64,000 nucleotides of DNA from a virus, in the IMG/VR virus record IMGVR_UViG_3300023240_001094, positions 9,452 to 73,451 of that record. One strand, given 5' to 3'. The notes beneath the pieces are model-generated. The model did not search any database, was not told the origin of the DNA, and saw only the letters and a list, made by a program, of their open reading frames with translations. Position numbers and translations under genes: made by a program. This document shows, piece by piece, positions 1 to 9,491 of this stretch (position 1 is the stretch's first letter; the number at the start of each line of letters is the position of its first letter).

Positions 1-69
1 ACATATGTATAATGAAAAAAGCCAGATATATTTCTATACCTGGCTCTTACTATTATATATCGTTATGGC

Positions 70-273
70 TTACGCTGCTATTTGGAGTGTTTCTTCGATT
101 TCTGCAATATGATCATCTAGATATGCCTTCTTATTAAGTACCTTATACATTCTATCCGTTTTTCCTTGTTTTTTATATCTCTCTGCTGCCCAGCCAAGGG
201 AACGAGAATCTTTTTTTAGGCGGTCGATTGTTACTGAAACCATAAGTATGTCTCCAAATAAAAAAGGTGCCAA
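70..273 (-). CDS. hypothetical protein (true start probably the internal ATG at 243)
   Basis: Short ORF after a terminator hairpin; GGAGA SD before MVSVTID; ends LQIAA. Confidence 0.55.
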   Translation of the reverse strand: MAPFLFGDILMVSVTIDRLKKDSRSLGWAAERYKKQGKTDRMYKVLNKKAYLDDHIAEIEETLQIAA

Positions 274-293
274 CCGCGAAACGGTGGCACCTT
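263..293 (-). terminator. Rho-independent terminator
   Basis: AAGGTGCCA-ACCG-cgaaa-CGGT-GGCACCTT hairpin with an A-run on + (U-run on -). Confidence 0.7.
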
Positions 294-322
294 CTGTTTA
301 AGTTTTAAGGTTATGTCTTAAA

Positions 323-736
323 CTATAGCAAGCCAGGGAAAGCCTCCTGTGCTAACTTGAGTGTCAGACCTTTCACTGGCGGCTTTTTGTTAATCATTTT
401 GCACACCAATTCTGCGTCCTTAGGATGAATTGATTCAACGATCCCAAGAAAAATCTTTTCACGTTTTACGGCAGGCATTTGTTCGCCTTTGCCGCCCTTT
501 GCACAATATAGAAAGTCTTTGTGTTTTTTGAGTAGTGTAGTAGGAGCGTTATGTGCATCACATGCTGTGTATGGCACTTCTCCGGCCGGTAGCAACCACT
601 GAATACGAGGATCGAGCGATCCTTGAACAATGTCACGTAGAGCAGCACTATTATTCTGCTGCAGTACCATAATCTTTTCCGCTCGTGTTTCAGCTTTAGT
701 AAACTTTTCAAGCACTTCGTAAATCATCAACGCCAT
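323..736 (-). CDS. conserved hypothetical protein of T4-like phages
   Basis: 137 aa; WLLPAGEVPY and KREKIFLGIVESIHPKDAELV resemble a family usually found beside rnh. Confidence 0.7.
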   Translation of the reverse strand: MALMIYEVLEKFTKAETRAEKIMVLQQNNSAALRDIVQGSLDPRIQWLLPAGEVPYTACDAHNAPTTLLKKHKDFLYCAKGGKGEQMPAVKREKIFLGIVESIHPKDAELVCKMINKKPPVKGLTLKLAQEAFPGLL

Positions 737-1590
737 TAAACAAATTCTCCTACACAGTCAATTAGCAAGTTGCAGTTATGTGAAACAAGATACGTGAAAA
801 CCTTACTACGGTTTTTACTACGATCCTGTCCTACGAATGTATTTATAATTTCCTGGCGCACTACTTCAGGACATTCTGATTCTTCAGTGAGATCAATCAT
901 TTTCTTGTTGCGAATATAGTTGCGATAGACATCTCCACCAAGAGCCTTTGGATCATCCATAAGGAGAGCTTTTTTCTTAGCACTAAGAACAACTTGGCGC
1001 CGGCCTTCAACAAACACACGATCGTCAGACAGCACATTTGGAACACCGTCACCACTATCACCCTTAAGGAAGTGTTCCATCTGTTCAAGACGCGGATTAT
1101 CTACTGTAATGAATTTCTTTGTTATAGGTGAGTATTGTGCAACATTAGAGTACTTGTGCAATTGCTTGAAGTCTTTGTCTGACGACACAATCATGATTTC
1201 CTCATAGTTACCAAATTCCTGAGACCATTTAACGATTTCAGCAATAGAGTCATCGGCCTCGCAGCCATATTGGTTGATGGTCTTATACGGAAAGTACTCA
1301 CCAAGTTCATCAAAAACTTTGTTGATTGTAGAGAACGCAACGTCCCAATCGATTTTAGATTCTTCACGTGATAAGCCACGTTTGCCCTTATATTCAGGGT
1401 ATACCTTCTTGCGCCAGTTGCCACCATTATCACCGATGACAACAACCTCGCCGTATTTGCTTCCAAACCTTTTGCGATACATACGGATGCTATTAAGGAT
1501 CATATGCCGAATAAGATTTTCATCACTCCAGTGAGCAGCGCCCATGGCAATAGGGGCAATTGAAATTCCTGAATAGTCAATTAAGATCAT
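736..1590 (-). CDS. rnh: T4-type RNase H (5'-3' exonuclease)
   Basis: MILIDYS, WRKKVYPEYKGKR, EADD, SSDKDFKQL and GDSGDGVPN motifs. Confidence 0.95.
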   Translation of the reverse strand: MILIDYSGISIAPIAMGAAHWSDENLIRHMILNSIRMYRKRFGSKYGEVVVIGDNGGNWRKKVYPEYKGKRGLSREESKIDWDVAFSTINKVFDELGEYFPYKTINQYGCEADDSIAEIVKWSQEFGNYEEIMIVSSDKDFKQLHKYSNVAQYSPITKKFITVDNPRLEQMEHFLKGDSGDGVPNVLSDDRVFVEGRRQVVLSAKKKALLMDDPKALGGDVYRNYIRNKKMIDLTEESECPEVVRQEIINTFVGQDRSKNRSKVFTYLVSHNCNLLIDCVGEFV

Positions 1591-1622
1591 GATGTAGTCC
1601 TTTTGTTATATTAATTATATTA

Positions 1623-1651
1623 GTTATACCACATAGAGTTACCAATGTACA
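1623..1651 (-). promoter_or_regulatory. early sigma70-type promoter TGTACA-N17-TATAAC
   Basis: Near-identical motif also at 15835-15863, 36300-36328 and 48406-48434. Confidence 0.75.
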
Positions 1652-1654
1652 CAC

Positions 1655-2080
1655 CTATTTTAGTAAACTTTGGACATGCGTGCGATGTATCTTACAGTTG
1701 ATAATTCCATTATAGTAACTATCATCTAGCAAGACATTCCTGTCGAACTGTTCCTTTGCCTCAAGATAGCCGAGCTCACCTTTAGACTTGCCGAAGTGGA
1801 TAATTTCGCGGTGGAAATTATCCACGCCGTGCTCAACAAGTCTCTGTTTTACTAGATCACTTGATCCGTAATACTTCATCCAATCAGACTCAGTAACAGA
1901 TCTACGCTTGCGCGTTTTACCCTTCAAAGGTTTAAGTGTTTTTTTGGCCCAGAATTGCTTCTTGCCTACATACTTTTTTGAGTTGGTTTTGTCTGTGATA
2001 ACGTAGACAAATCCAACCCATTTTTTTAATTCTTCTTCATCAGGTTCGTAAACCTTACCGCCATAGTGCCACATGACCAC
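1655..2080 (-). CDS. GIY-YIG family nuclease (conserved T4-like protein)
   Basis: GFVYVIT...KKYVGKK, YYGSS and YYN motifs. Confidence 0.75.
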   Translation of the reverse strand: MVMWHYGGKVYEPDEEELKKWVGFVYVITDKTNSKKYVGKKQFWAKKTLKPLKGKTRKRRSVTESDWMKYYGSSDLVKQRLVEHGVDNFHREIIHFGKSKGELGYLEAKEQFDRNVLLDDSYYNGIINCKIHRTHVQSLLK

Positions 2081-2122
2081 AATCCTTATACAACATATTA
2101 GTGCTAATGTTGTATATATGCC

Positions 2123-2278
2123 TTAGAATTCTTCGTCGTCATCTCCATCAAAGAAAGCATGCCCCGACACTTGGCCACACATAGAGCAAAATGAAGGTTC
2201 TTCTCTTTCGTCAACTACCACAACCCGAGTCTCTGAGCCACAGTAGTCGCATTCGCAAATGTATTCTGATAGTTTCAA
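2123..2278 (-). CDS. small zinc-ribbon protein (TTG start)
   Basis: CDYC...CSMC pairs and an acidic tail; GAGG SD upstream of the TTG at 2278. Confidence 0.6.
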   Translation of the reverse strand: MKLSEYICECDYCGSETRVVVVDEREEPSFCSMCGQVSGHAFFDGDDDEEF

Positions 2279-2303
2279 TTTTATGCCTCGCAGTTCTAAT
2301 TTG

Positions 2304-2372
2304 TATAAATAGTAATGTAGGTCACGGAATTGCACTTCCCACCTACTCTAGAAACAAAAGGAATTCCAGTTC
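2304..2372 (+). ncRNA. late promoter TATAAATA plus a conserved structured leader of a homing endonuclease gene (copy 1)
   Basis: GTAGGT-CAC-GGAA-TTGCAC-TTCC-C-ACCTAC-TCTAGAAAC...TTCCAG; covaries with the copy at 49661-49732. Confidence 0.7.
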
Positions 2373-3023
2373 ATGTATATATATATATATGTCTATTATG
2401 TTTACGCCTACATCAGACTTGACGGCACACCCTACTATATAGGTAAAGGGAGGGGCAAAAGAGCATATTCAAAACAACATTCTGTATGGGTTCCTAATAG
2501 AGAATCTGGACAAATAGTTATACTTGAAAATAATCTTTCGGAAGTAGGCGCATTTGCGATTGAAAGAAGACTTATCAGATGGTGGGGCAAGAAACACGAA
2601 GGTGGACTACTCTACAATAAAGCCGATGGTGGTGAAGGTAGAAGTGGATATAGTATATCTCGGCCACACACAGAAGAATCTAAGCAAAAAATGTCTAAAG
2701 CAAAGCAAGGTAAAAGTTATCCGAGACTTACTTCAGCTAATAGAAAAACTGCCGAAAAAAGACGAAATGTCCGTCTATCTGAAGAACATAAAGCCAAAAT
2801 ATCTGCTGGCATGAAAGGTAGAGTTATGACAGAAAATCATAAAGCAAATTTATCTAAGGCTAATGTTGGTCGTCCAGTAAGTGACGAAACCCGTTTGAAA
2901 ATGAAACTAAAAAATTCAGTCAAGTCTACCTGTCCACACTGTGGTAAAGGAGGTGGTGGTAGCGCAATGAAGCGCTACCACTTTGATAATTGTAAGTCTA
3001 TTAAACATTCATCCTTCGCATGA
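2373..3023 (+). mobile_element. free-standing GIY-YIG homing endonuclease with NUMOD3-like repeats
   Basis: YVYAY...PYYIGKG...RAY, LYNKADGGEG, HTEESKQKMS/SEEHKAKIS repeats, CPHC...RYHFDNC; opposite strand, overlaps the nrdA stop. Confidence 0.9.
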
Positions 3024-4652
3024 AATGCATAGCATGATATCACGCACAAGTTCTTGTGCTGGATTAGATGACCGCTGGTAGTAGAAAGTTTTTACACCCA
3101 AACGCCATCCTTCAATAATCAACGCGTTTATGTCTTTTGTTGATGCAGTTGGTGGAATCATAAGATTGAGTGATTGGCTCTGGTCTATATATTCTTGTCT
3201 TGCAGCAGCCTGCTGAACAACATTAATAGGACTAATCTCAGAGAATGTCTTAAACACATCTTTTTCATTCTGAGTGAGAAAGTCAAGATGCTGAACAGAA
3301 CCTTTCCTCATTAAGATTGAATCCCAGGTTGCATCATCATTCTTGCCGTAATGATCTAGACATCTAGCAAGATAACGGTTCTTATACGTGAAGGACCCTT
3401 TAGCCAAATCCTTAACAAAGTAGTTTGATGCAAGTGGCTCGATTGACGGCGATACTTGACCAAGGATAAATGATGAAGATGTTGTAGGAGCGATGGCGCA
3501 ACGAGTAAGATTGCGTACATCATAACCCATAAGACCTGACGGAACACCATACTCTTCTGCCATTTCCTTTGATGCGTCAAGTGATTTTTCATCGATGAAT
3601 CTACTAATTTCTTCAGTTAGTTCAAGTGCTTGGAATGACTCAAATGGGATCATTTTCTTCTGTAGAAGTGTGTGCCATCCAAGCTGACCAATTCCAAGAG
3701 CACGCCAGGTTTTTGCAAAGAGATTGGCCGACTCCATAAACTTAAGACCTTCTGTTTTGCGGATATATTCTTCCATAACAGCATCAAGGAAATATGTGAG
3801 AGTTTCTACAGCGTCAGTATATTTCCATTTGTCCCAGGTAGAAAGGTTCATTGATGATAGGTTACACACAAATGTCCATTCATCGCTTGATGGCAGACAG
3901 ATTTCTGAGCAGAGATTTGACGCCCAGATAGGAATGTTTTTGTCTTTAAGAACCTGTGGTTTATTGTCATTCACAGTATCAGAGAAGAACAGATATGGAT
4001 AACCAGTTTCCTTGCGCTTTCTGAGCACCTTAGCCCATACTTCGCGTTTGTCTGCATCGCCATCAATCATTTCCTGCATCCAGTAATCTGGAATAGTAAC
4101 ACCAATTGAGATATTCTGAATGGTTGCACCAGGTTCACGGATTTCTAGGAATTCCATAATATCAGGGTTATCAATGTTAAGATAACCAGCAAAAGCCCCG
4201 CGGCGAGTGGTACCTTGAGAAATAACGTCAGTGCCAACATCAAACAAGCGAAGGTAATGAACTGCTCCATCTGCTTTGCCTCCTCCTTTAATTTTACTAC
4301 CACGTGGTCGAATATCACCAAAATATCCAGATGTTCCTGCGCCGAGTTTGGTTTGGACACCAACCTCAGCTGTTTTTTGTAGAATAGCCTCAATAGAATC
4401 TTCCACGTAAACACCATTACATGAAATAGGAAGCCCTGTTTCTTCACCAAAATTTGACCATACTGGAGAGGAAAGGCTATAAAAACCCTGACTCATATAA
4501 TCATAGAACTTGTTAGCAAATCCCGGGTAGTCCAAGATTTCTTCTGCTGCTTCCGCAATTCTGCGTACGCGATCTTCAGGAGTCACACCTGGTTGTAAAT
4601 ACCCACGACTGAGGAACGTGCGTGAATCGTCGTTTAGCCATTTAAATGCCAT
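3009..4652 (-). CDS. nrdA: ribonucleotide reductase class I alpha subunit
   Basis: PISC, SNLCSEI, IAPTTSSS, YIDQSQSLN, KTFYYQR and C-terminal CxxC. Confidence 0.97.
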   Translation of the reverse strand: MAFKWLNDDSRTFLSRGYLQPGVTPEDRVRRIAEAAEEILDYPGFANKFYDYMSQGFYSLSSPVWSNFGEETGLPISCNGVYVEDSIEAILQKTAEVGVQTKLGAGTSGYFGDIRPRGSKIKGGGKADGAVHYLRLFDVGTDVISQGTTRRGAFAGYLNIDNPDIMEFLEIREPGATIQNISIGVTIPDYWMQEMIDGDADKREVWAKVLRKRKETGYPYLFFSDTVNDNKPQVLKDKNIPIWASNLCSEICLPSSDEWTFVCNLSSMNLSTWDKWKYTDAVETLTYFLDAVMEEYIRKTEGLKFMESANLFAKTWRALGIGQLGWHTLLQKKMIPFESFQALELTEEISRFIDEKSLDASKEMAEEYGVPSGLMGYDVRNLTRCAIAPTTSSSFILGQVSPSIEPLASNYFVKDLAKGSFTYKNRYLARCLDHYGKNDDATWDSILMRKGSVQHLDFLTQNEKDVFKTFSEISPINVVQQAAARQEYIDQSQSLNLMIPPTASTKDINALIIEGWRLGVKTFYYQRSSNPAQELVRDIMLCISCEG

Positions 4653-4661
4653 TATATTTCC

Positions 4662-5630
4662 TTAAAATAAATCATCTGCTGATACGCCTTGACCACGGGC
4701 ATAGTCTACTGGTCTGCCATTGAAAAAGTCAACCATGTTGGTTCCATATAAACCCTCATCAAACCATCTGGTTTCCTTAATCAAATCTTTGTCATATGTT
4801 AATTCACTTGAAAAGCCAATTTGCTCTAGTGATTCAACCATACGCTTCTTAATGAATTCAACTAGAATTTCTGAGTTCAATCCTGGTACTGAGTATTCAC
4901 CCATAATCCAACGGATCACTTCCGACTCACAGCGGATTGACTCTTCACATTCAAGTCGAATACGATCTTCAAGTTCTTCGTCGAACAGTTCTGGATACTC
5001 TTCACGGAGTGTGTTAATCAGTTTAATACCGACCTGAGCATGAAGCATTTCTTCATTACGCGTGTATTTAACTTGCTGTGCTGTATCCTTAAGGATAGCT
5101 TTGTTTTTGTTCATATGCAAGATGATGTAGAACTGGCTGAACAATGACACATTCTCAACAAACAATGTGAATAGTGTGATAGCATAGATATACTGTTTAC
5201 GGTCATCTGCATATACCTTCTTGAGGTACTTACGGAGATAGTCAACACGGCCAGCAACAACCGGGTGTTTCATGTTTTCTTCAAAGATGTCATTGAGCTG
5301 AAGAACTTCAAGGAGCTTTTCATATGCCATGTTATGGATAACTTCAGAGTTACCCATCGCGTATCCAAGATCACGTAGTGATGGATGTGGTAGGTTATCA
5401 CCTAGGTTAGACCAAAATGTTTTCACCGCAACTTCTATCTGACCAATTGCTGATAGTGTGCGGACAAGGATCCGTCTTTCTTCTGGACTCATGTCAGTCT
5501 TAAACTGACTATAATCAGACGTGAAATTGAATTCATCAGGAGTCCAAAACCCACTCCAAATTGCTTCAATAAAATCCTTGGTCCAAGGGTACATGTCAGG
5601 TTTTCTTGAGATTTGTTCTTCGAATAGCAT
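4662..5630 (-). CDS. nrdB: ribonucleotide reductase class I beta subunit
   Basis: FWTPDE, EVIHNMAY, ENVSLFSQF, NEEMLH and DFFNGRPVDY. Confidence 0.96.
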   Translation of the reverse strand: MLFEEQISRKPDMYPWTKDFIEAIWSGFWTPDEFNFTSDYSQFKTDMSPEERRILVRTLSAIGQIEVAVKTFWSNLGDNLPHPSLRDLGYAMGNSEVIHNMAYEKLLEVLQLNDIFEENMKHPVVAGRVDYLRKYLKKVYADDRKQYIYAITLFTLFVENVSLFSQFYIILHMNKNKAILKDTAQQVKYTRNEEMLHAQVGIKLINTLREEYPELFDEELEDRIRLECEESIRCESEVIRWIMGEYSVPGLNSEILVEFIKKRMVESLEQIGFSSELTYDKDLIKETRWFDEGLYGTNMVDFFNGRPVDYARGQGVSADDLF

Positions 5631-5790
5631 CTAATTTCTCCGGGTAAAGCTGTATAAGACATCGGTCCTGAAAACTATTTCAGGCAACAGCCTATATTGT
5701 TTTGATTTCTGATACCATTATATATAAGATCTCAGGTCTTGTAAACACTACATATTGCTATATTCACAAAATATTTTACACCATATTGCC

Positions 5791-6144
5791 TTAGTCGGCT
5801 GGTGGACCTGTTATTGCCTTTTCGTAGTAAGCAATAATTTCTTTCTGTTGTAGAATGTATCTACGGAGCTCTCCGACACCTATTGATAGGTTTTCATAGC
5901 CTTTTGGTGTGATCGCCATAAATGTGACCGATCCACCATGTTCATCAATCCTCTTCATAGCCTCGTCGAAGTTTTCTTCTGATACAACGAACCATTCACT
6001 ATCCGGAAAGTCTATAGGTTTTGGCCAAGCCTGAATAGGGATATTACGTTCAGTAAATTTGGTCTGTGTTACAATCTCTTTATCAATAGAAGAGGTACAG
6101 TTACTCAGAATCAGCAGGGCTGGAATCAACAGGAGTAGTTTCAT
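5791..6144 (-). CDS. outer-membrane lipoprotein, probable o-spanin
   Basis: Lipobox-like LILSNC after a hydrophobic signal; overlaps the upstream TM/coiled-coil gene. Confidence 0.7.
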   Translation of the reverse strand: MKLLLLIPALLILSNCTSSIDKEIVTQTKFTERNIPIQAWPKPIDFPDSEWFVVSEENFDEAMKRIDEHGGSVTFMAITPKGYENLSIGVGELRRYILQQKEIIAYYEKAITGPPAD

Positions 6145-6505
6145 CTTTTAGTTCCTCTCTTAGTCTGTCAATAGCGTTGTTTATACGAATAGCAAATCCA
6201 TCAGGATCAGCCTGAGCTTCTCGTACAATATCGATTTGGCTAAATCTTTTTCTTAATCCATCAAGTTTACCTTCAGCTGCCTGTAGGTTAGCCGTAAGCT
6301 CTCTATTGAGTTCTTCATTACGCTCTTGATTTTCTTCCATGGAGTCAACAGTCGCCTGAAGGGTCTCGGCTACTGTTTTGAGTTTGATGTTATTTTCACG
6401 TAGCAACGCAATTGTTGCCTGAGTCGATGTATAGTACCAATATACTCCACGAGACACAGAAGCAACCATTGCTATAATAAAGATTGCAACGTAAATTTTA
6501 ATCAT
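6101..6505 (-). CDS. probable i-spanin
   Basis: N-terminal TM helix followed by a long coiled coil; overlaps the lipoprotein gene. Confidence 0.7.
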   Translation of the reverse strand: MIKIYVAIFIIAMVASVSRGVYWYYTSTQATIALLRENNIKLKTVAETLQATVDSMEENQERNEELNRELTANLQAAEGKLDGLRKRFSQIDIVREAQADPDGFAIRINNAIDRLREELKDETTPVDSSPADSE

Positions 6506-6687
6506 TTCTTATCATCCATATATTGTCTGAATCTTTTAAGAACAACCGGAGCTTTGTCCTTACGGCGTCGACGGTCTGTTACATTATGTGCTTTAAACCG
6601 AGGACCCATATTCTTCGTGTCATTAGGAATACCAGCAGATGCCGCAGTATTACCGAGCTCTTCTTCTAGCGGGTTTCTTTGTTTCAT
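6502..6687 (-). CDS. hypothetical protein
   Basis: 61 aa, 4-nt start/stop overlaps with both neighbours. Confidence 0.6.
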   Translation of the reverse strand: MKQRNPLEEELGNTAASAGIPNDTKNMGPRFKAHNVTDRRRRKDKAPVVLKRFRQYMDDKK

Positions 6688-7280
6688 CTAACAATCTCCG
6701 ATGATGTGATGTATACTTTTTTGTTTGTTCTGATATGAGTTGCTTCATAGATGTTAATTCCAAAAATAGTGCCGACTGGTTTCGCATCTTCGGCAACCTT
6801 TACCTTAGATCCTTTGGCAACTGTCATTTCAACACCTTCAATGATCTTTTCATTCTTAAGAATATAAACTCCTGGAGACAGTGTTTGATCCTTTAATACG
6901 AACCAATTGTTTTCTTCAACCAACAAATCAGTCGGATCAACACCAATGTCACCAAGACCCTTTAAAATCTTTTTCTCTGATACACTATAGTTTTCTTTAA
7001 TAAGGTATAATGCGGCGGCATAAGACGCAAGCCGAGAGCTTCCACCTGGCGCTTTTGCCATAAGACGTTTCACATTAAATACAAGACGATGAAACGGTGT
7101 GTAAAAATTCTTAAACGCATCACGGTTTTCAATTGTATTCATTGAATAGTCTTTGTTGCGTTTTCCTGCAGCATCAATAATGCCTACCTCGAACGCTTTT
7201 GTTTTGTCAAATGGTGTTGTAAGAAGTGTGAGAAATCTAAATGTATAGACTAAATCACCAGCGCGTTTAATTATACCCAT
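6684..7280 (-). CDS. conserved hypothetical protein of T4-like phages
   Basis: Start MGIIKRAGDLVYTFRFL; YTPFHRLVFNVKRL motif. Confidence 0.7.
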   Translation of the reverse strand: MGIIKRAGDLVYTFRFLTLLTTPFDKTKAFEVGIIDAAGKRNKDYSMNTIENRDAFKNFYTPFHRLVFNVKRLMAKAPGGSSRLASYAAALYLIKENYSVSEKKILKGLGDIGVDPTDLLVEENNWFVLKDQTLSPGVYILKNEKIIEGVEMTVAKGSKVKVAEDAKPVGTIFGINIYEATHIRTNKKVYITSSEIVR

Positions 7281-7281
7281 A

Positions 7282-7650
7282 TTATAGTTCCTTAAGTTTT
7301 TTCTCAATGATTGGATCTGATTCAATATCAGCAAATTGACCAATTCGAACGTATTTTAAAAATTCTAAAAATGGTTTAACAGATCGCCAGTGATCGTCAT
7401 TAAATTTTATAGCAAGTATTCTAAGACTTGCATATGGACCAAATACGTTAAATATGACTACAAGATGGTTTAAAATTAATCTCGTCTGTAAATCACCTGT
7501 TTCAATGTTTCTGTTTAAGAGTCGTTTAACGTACTTAAAACGTTTGAGGTCAGCATAAAACTCATCCGGATCTATTGTTCCTAAAGGTGAGTAATAATGC
7601 TTGACCGCAAACTTTACCAAATTTTCTTCAAGCAATTCATCATTATTCAT
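7282..7650 (-). CDS. conserved hypothetical protein of T4-like phages
   Basis: EFYADLKRFKYVKRLL...RLILNHLVVIFNVFG motif. Confidence 0.75.
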   Translation of the reverse strand: MNNDELLEENLVKFAVKHYYSPLGTIDPDEFYADLKRFKYVKRLLNRNIETGDLQTRLILNHLVVIFNVFGPYASLRILAIKFNDDHWRSVKPFLEFLKYVRIGQFADIESDPIIEKKLKEL

Positions 7651-7656
7651 ATTATG

Positions 7657-7965
7657 TTATCTTTTTACCATTCCGGCTACTATATCTAGTAATTTTTTTC
7701 TTGAGGATCTACGGTCAAGCTCAACGCCAAATTCTTTACGAGCATATGCCTCAAGACCTTTTTTAGTCATTGCTTCAATATCATCATGGATACCATTAGT
7801 AGTAGTATCTATTACAATTTCTTCCTCAATTTTTACGCCGTTAAACGCGTCAATATCAGACTGTGAAAGTTTCTGTGACTTAAGTAGTTCCCCAGTCTTG
7901 GGGTGGCACCAACCCTTTAGAGTTGGTACCGCATTTTTTGCAAAATTAGGAGCTGCGATAGCCAT
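7657..7965 (-). CDS. hypothetical protein
   Basis: GWCHPKTGELL and MTKKGLEAYARKEFGVELDRR segments; in operon. Confidence 0.7.
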   Translation of the reverse strand: MAIAAPNFAKNAVPTLKGWCHPKTGELLKSQKLSQSDIDAFNGVKIEEEIVIDTTTNGIHDDIEAMTKKGLEAYARKEFGVELDRRSSRKKLLDIVAGMVKR

Positions 7966-7967
7966 TA

Positions 7968-8921
7968 TTATTTCCCATCATTCTTTGGCATTGTTTTGTC
8001 GCCAGCATCATTGTCCCCAGTTCGCTTTGGTGCTTTCTTTGTCATTGACTTAAATGTCTTAAAGTTAAGAGCATTTGTTGCAAGCTCGTCAGTAGCCGGA
8101 TTCATTGGTGTTGTTCTATCTAGCTCTTTTTTAGCGGATGGTGAAAGACCTTCGCCACGAGGAGAGCCATTGTTCATGTTACCATGATTCACTGCTTCAT
8201 TTTTACCCGACATAGTTGGAGCATCATGTGTACCTTTTTTAAGGCGGCCAATGATTCGACCACCGCTATTAGCTACAACGAAATCACCGTTGTTTGCAAC
8301 AGAGGTTCTATGACCGTGGTCTTTTGGCAGTCTTGTTTTACCAAGAGCTTTTAGCATAAGTTTATGGTTGGCATCGGTTTTAGCTTCGTCTAGTTCAACT
8401 TCTTCGTTCATCATTTTTCTGTGCAGCGCCTTAACTTGCTTTGCCCCAAGGATTACCATGTCCTTTCCGAAGGACGATGTTTGTACAAAAGTAATGCCAC
8501 CATCAGCTTCGTGAACAGCTTTAACACCGCCACCCAAATCTTGGATTACTTTTTTAGCTTCATCCAGTTCTTCAACAGATTCTTGTGTCAGAACTTCAAC
8601 CTCGGTTTCTTGGCTTTTGCCTTTCATCGATTTTGAAACGCCTTTGCGGCGCTTATGAAGATATTCATCAGATGAGTCCACATCACCATCGTTATCAATG
8701 TCTTTGTCTTTGCGGTCTTTGTGTTTACCTTTAAGAGCCTTGGCATCCACTGGATCCATTGCTTCTTTTTTGGTTTTGTCTTCTTTATCCCAAGGAGCTT
8801 TAGCAAGGGATACTTTATCCTTTGGTTGTGCTTTAACGCTTGCAAGCGCTCGGTCTTTAGCTGAAGCTTCAGCAACTTGTGCATATGCTTTTGCCATTGT
8901 GAGAATGTCTTTATAGTTCAT
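7968..8921 (-). CDS. putative internal head protein
   Basis: Charged, low-complexity; repeated VEELDEA/VELDEA sites; DIDNDGDVDSSD EF-hand-like loop. Confidence 0.6.
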   Translation of the reverse strand: MNYKDILTMAKAYAQVAEASAKDRALASVKAQPKDKVSLAKAPWDKEDKTKKEAMDPVDAKALKGKHKDRKDKDIDNDGDVDSSDEYLHKRRKGVSKSMKGKSQETEVEVLTQESVEELDEAKKVIQDLGGGVKAVHEADGGITFVQTSSFGKDMVILGAKQVKALHRKMMNEEVELDEAKTDANHKLMLKALGKTRLPKDHGHRTSVANNGDFVVANSGGRIIGRLKKGTHDAPTMSGKNEAVNHGNMNNGSPRGEGLSPSAKKELDRTTPMNPATDELATNALNFKTFKSMTKKAPKRTGDNDAGDKTMPKNDGK

Positions 8922-8930
8922 TTTATTTCC

Positions 8931-9203
8931 TTACATTAGTAGGTTAGTGGCAATGGCTCCTGCCGCTGCGATTAAAGCTATCCAAAATAGCTTATTGATT
9001 GTTTTTACTGTTTGTGAATTTTCCGATGTCACTTTCTCAAGCGTATCGAGTTTCTCAGAGAACCTGTTCATACGCTCATATTGCGCAGCATGTTTCTGTT
9101 CCATATTCACGAGCTTTACTTCAGCTGTAGCAATAGATACCATAGCATCGGCTAGCTTATCTATCTTTGCTTCGATTCGGTCTAATCGATTATCGTCGGC
9201 CAT
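8931..9203 (-). CDS. coiled-coil protein with a C-terminal TM helix
   Basis: RLDRIEAKIDKL...LFWIALIAAAGAIATNLLM. Confidence 0.65.
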   Translation of the reverse strand: MADDNRLDRIEAKIDKLADAMVSIATAEVKLVNMEQKHAAQYERMNRFSEKLDTLEKVTSENSQTVKTINKLFWIALIAAAGAIATNLLM

Positions 9204-9490
9204 TAACACTTCCACCTTCTTAACGACATTGCTTTTCTAGTAGGTCTGCCCTTATCGTCTTTCATTGGACCGGGATTGCCACTCATTCTTGCACAGAAGC
9301 TTTTGCGTCTGCCAGCTGCTTTACTGCCTGCTTTAACTTTACCAGTAACCGCCGTTTTAAGATTGCCACCTGTTTTTTTATTATATGCCGAGACTCCAGC
9401 CTTGGTCATTCCAGCGCCCCTTTCAGTAGAACGGAAATGCCCCTTGGAATCTGCTCCTCTTTCAATTATATATGATTTGAAAGATTGCAT
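9203..9490 (-). CDS. small basic protein with a capsid-targeting-like N-terminus
   Basis: MQSFKSYIIE start; RRKSFCARMSG...LRRWKC motif. Confidence 0.75.
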   Translation of the reverse strand: MQSFKSYIIERGADSKGHFRSTERGAGMTKAGVSAYNKKTGGNLKTAVTGKVKAGSKAAGRRKSFCARMSGNPGPMKDDKGRPTRKAMSLRRWKC

Positions 9491-9491
9491 A

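Noticed and set aside
2373-3023. Group I intron in nrdA
   Set aside because: nrdA and nrdB are uninterrupted, the endonuclease is antisense and free-standing, and no intron core was seen
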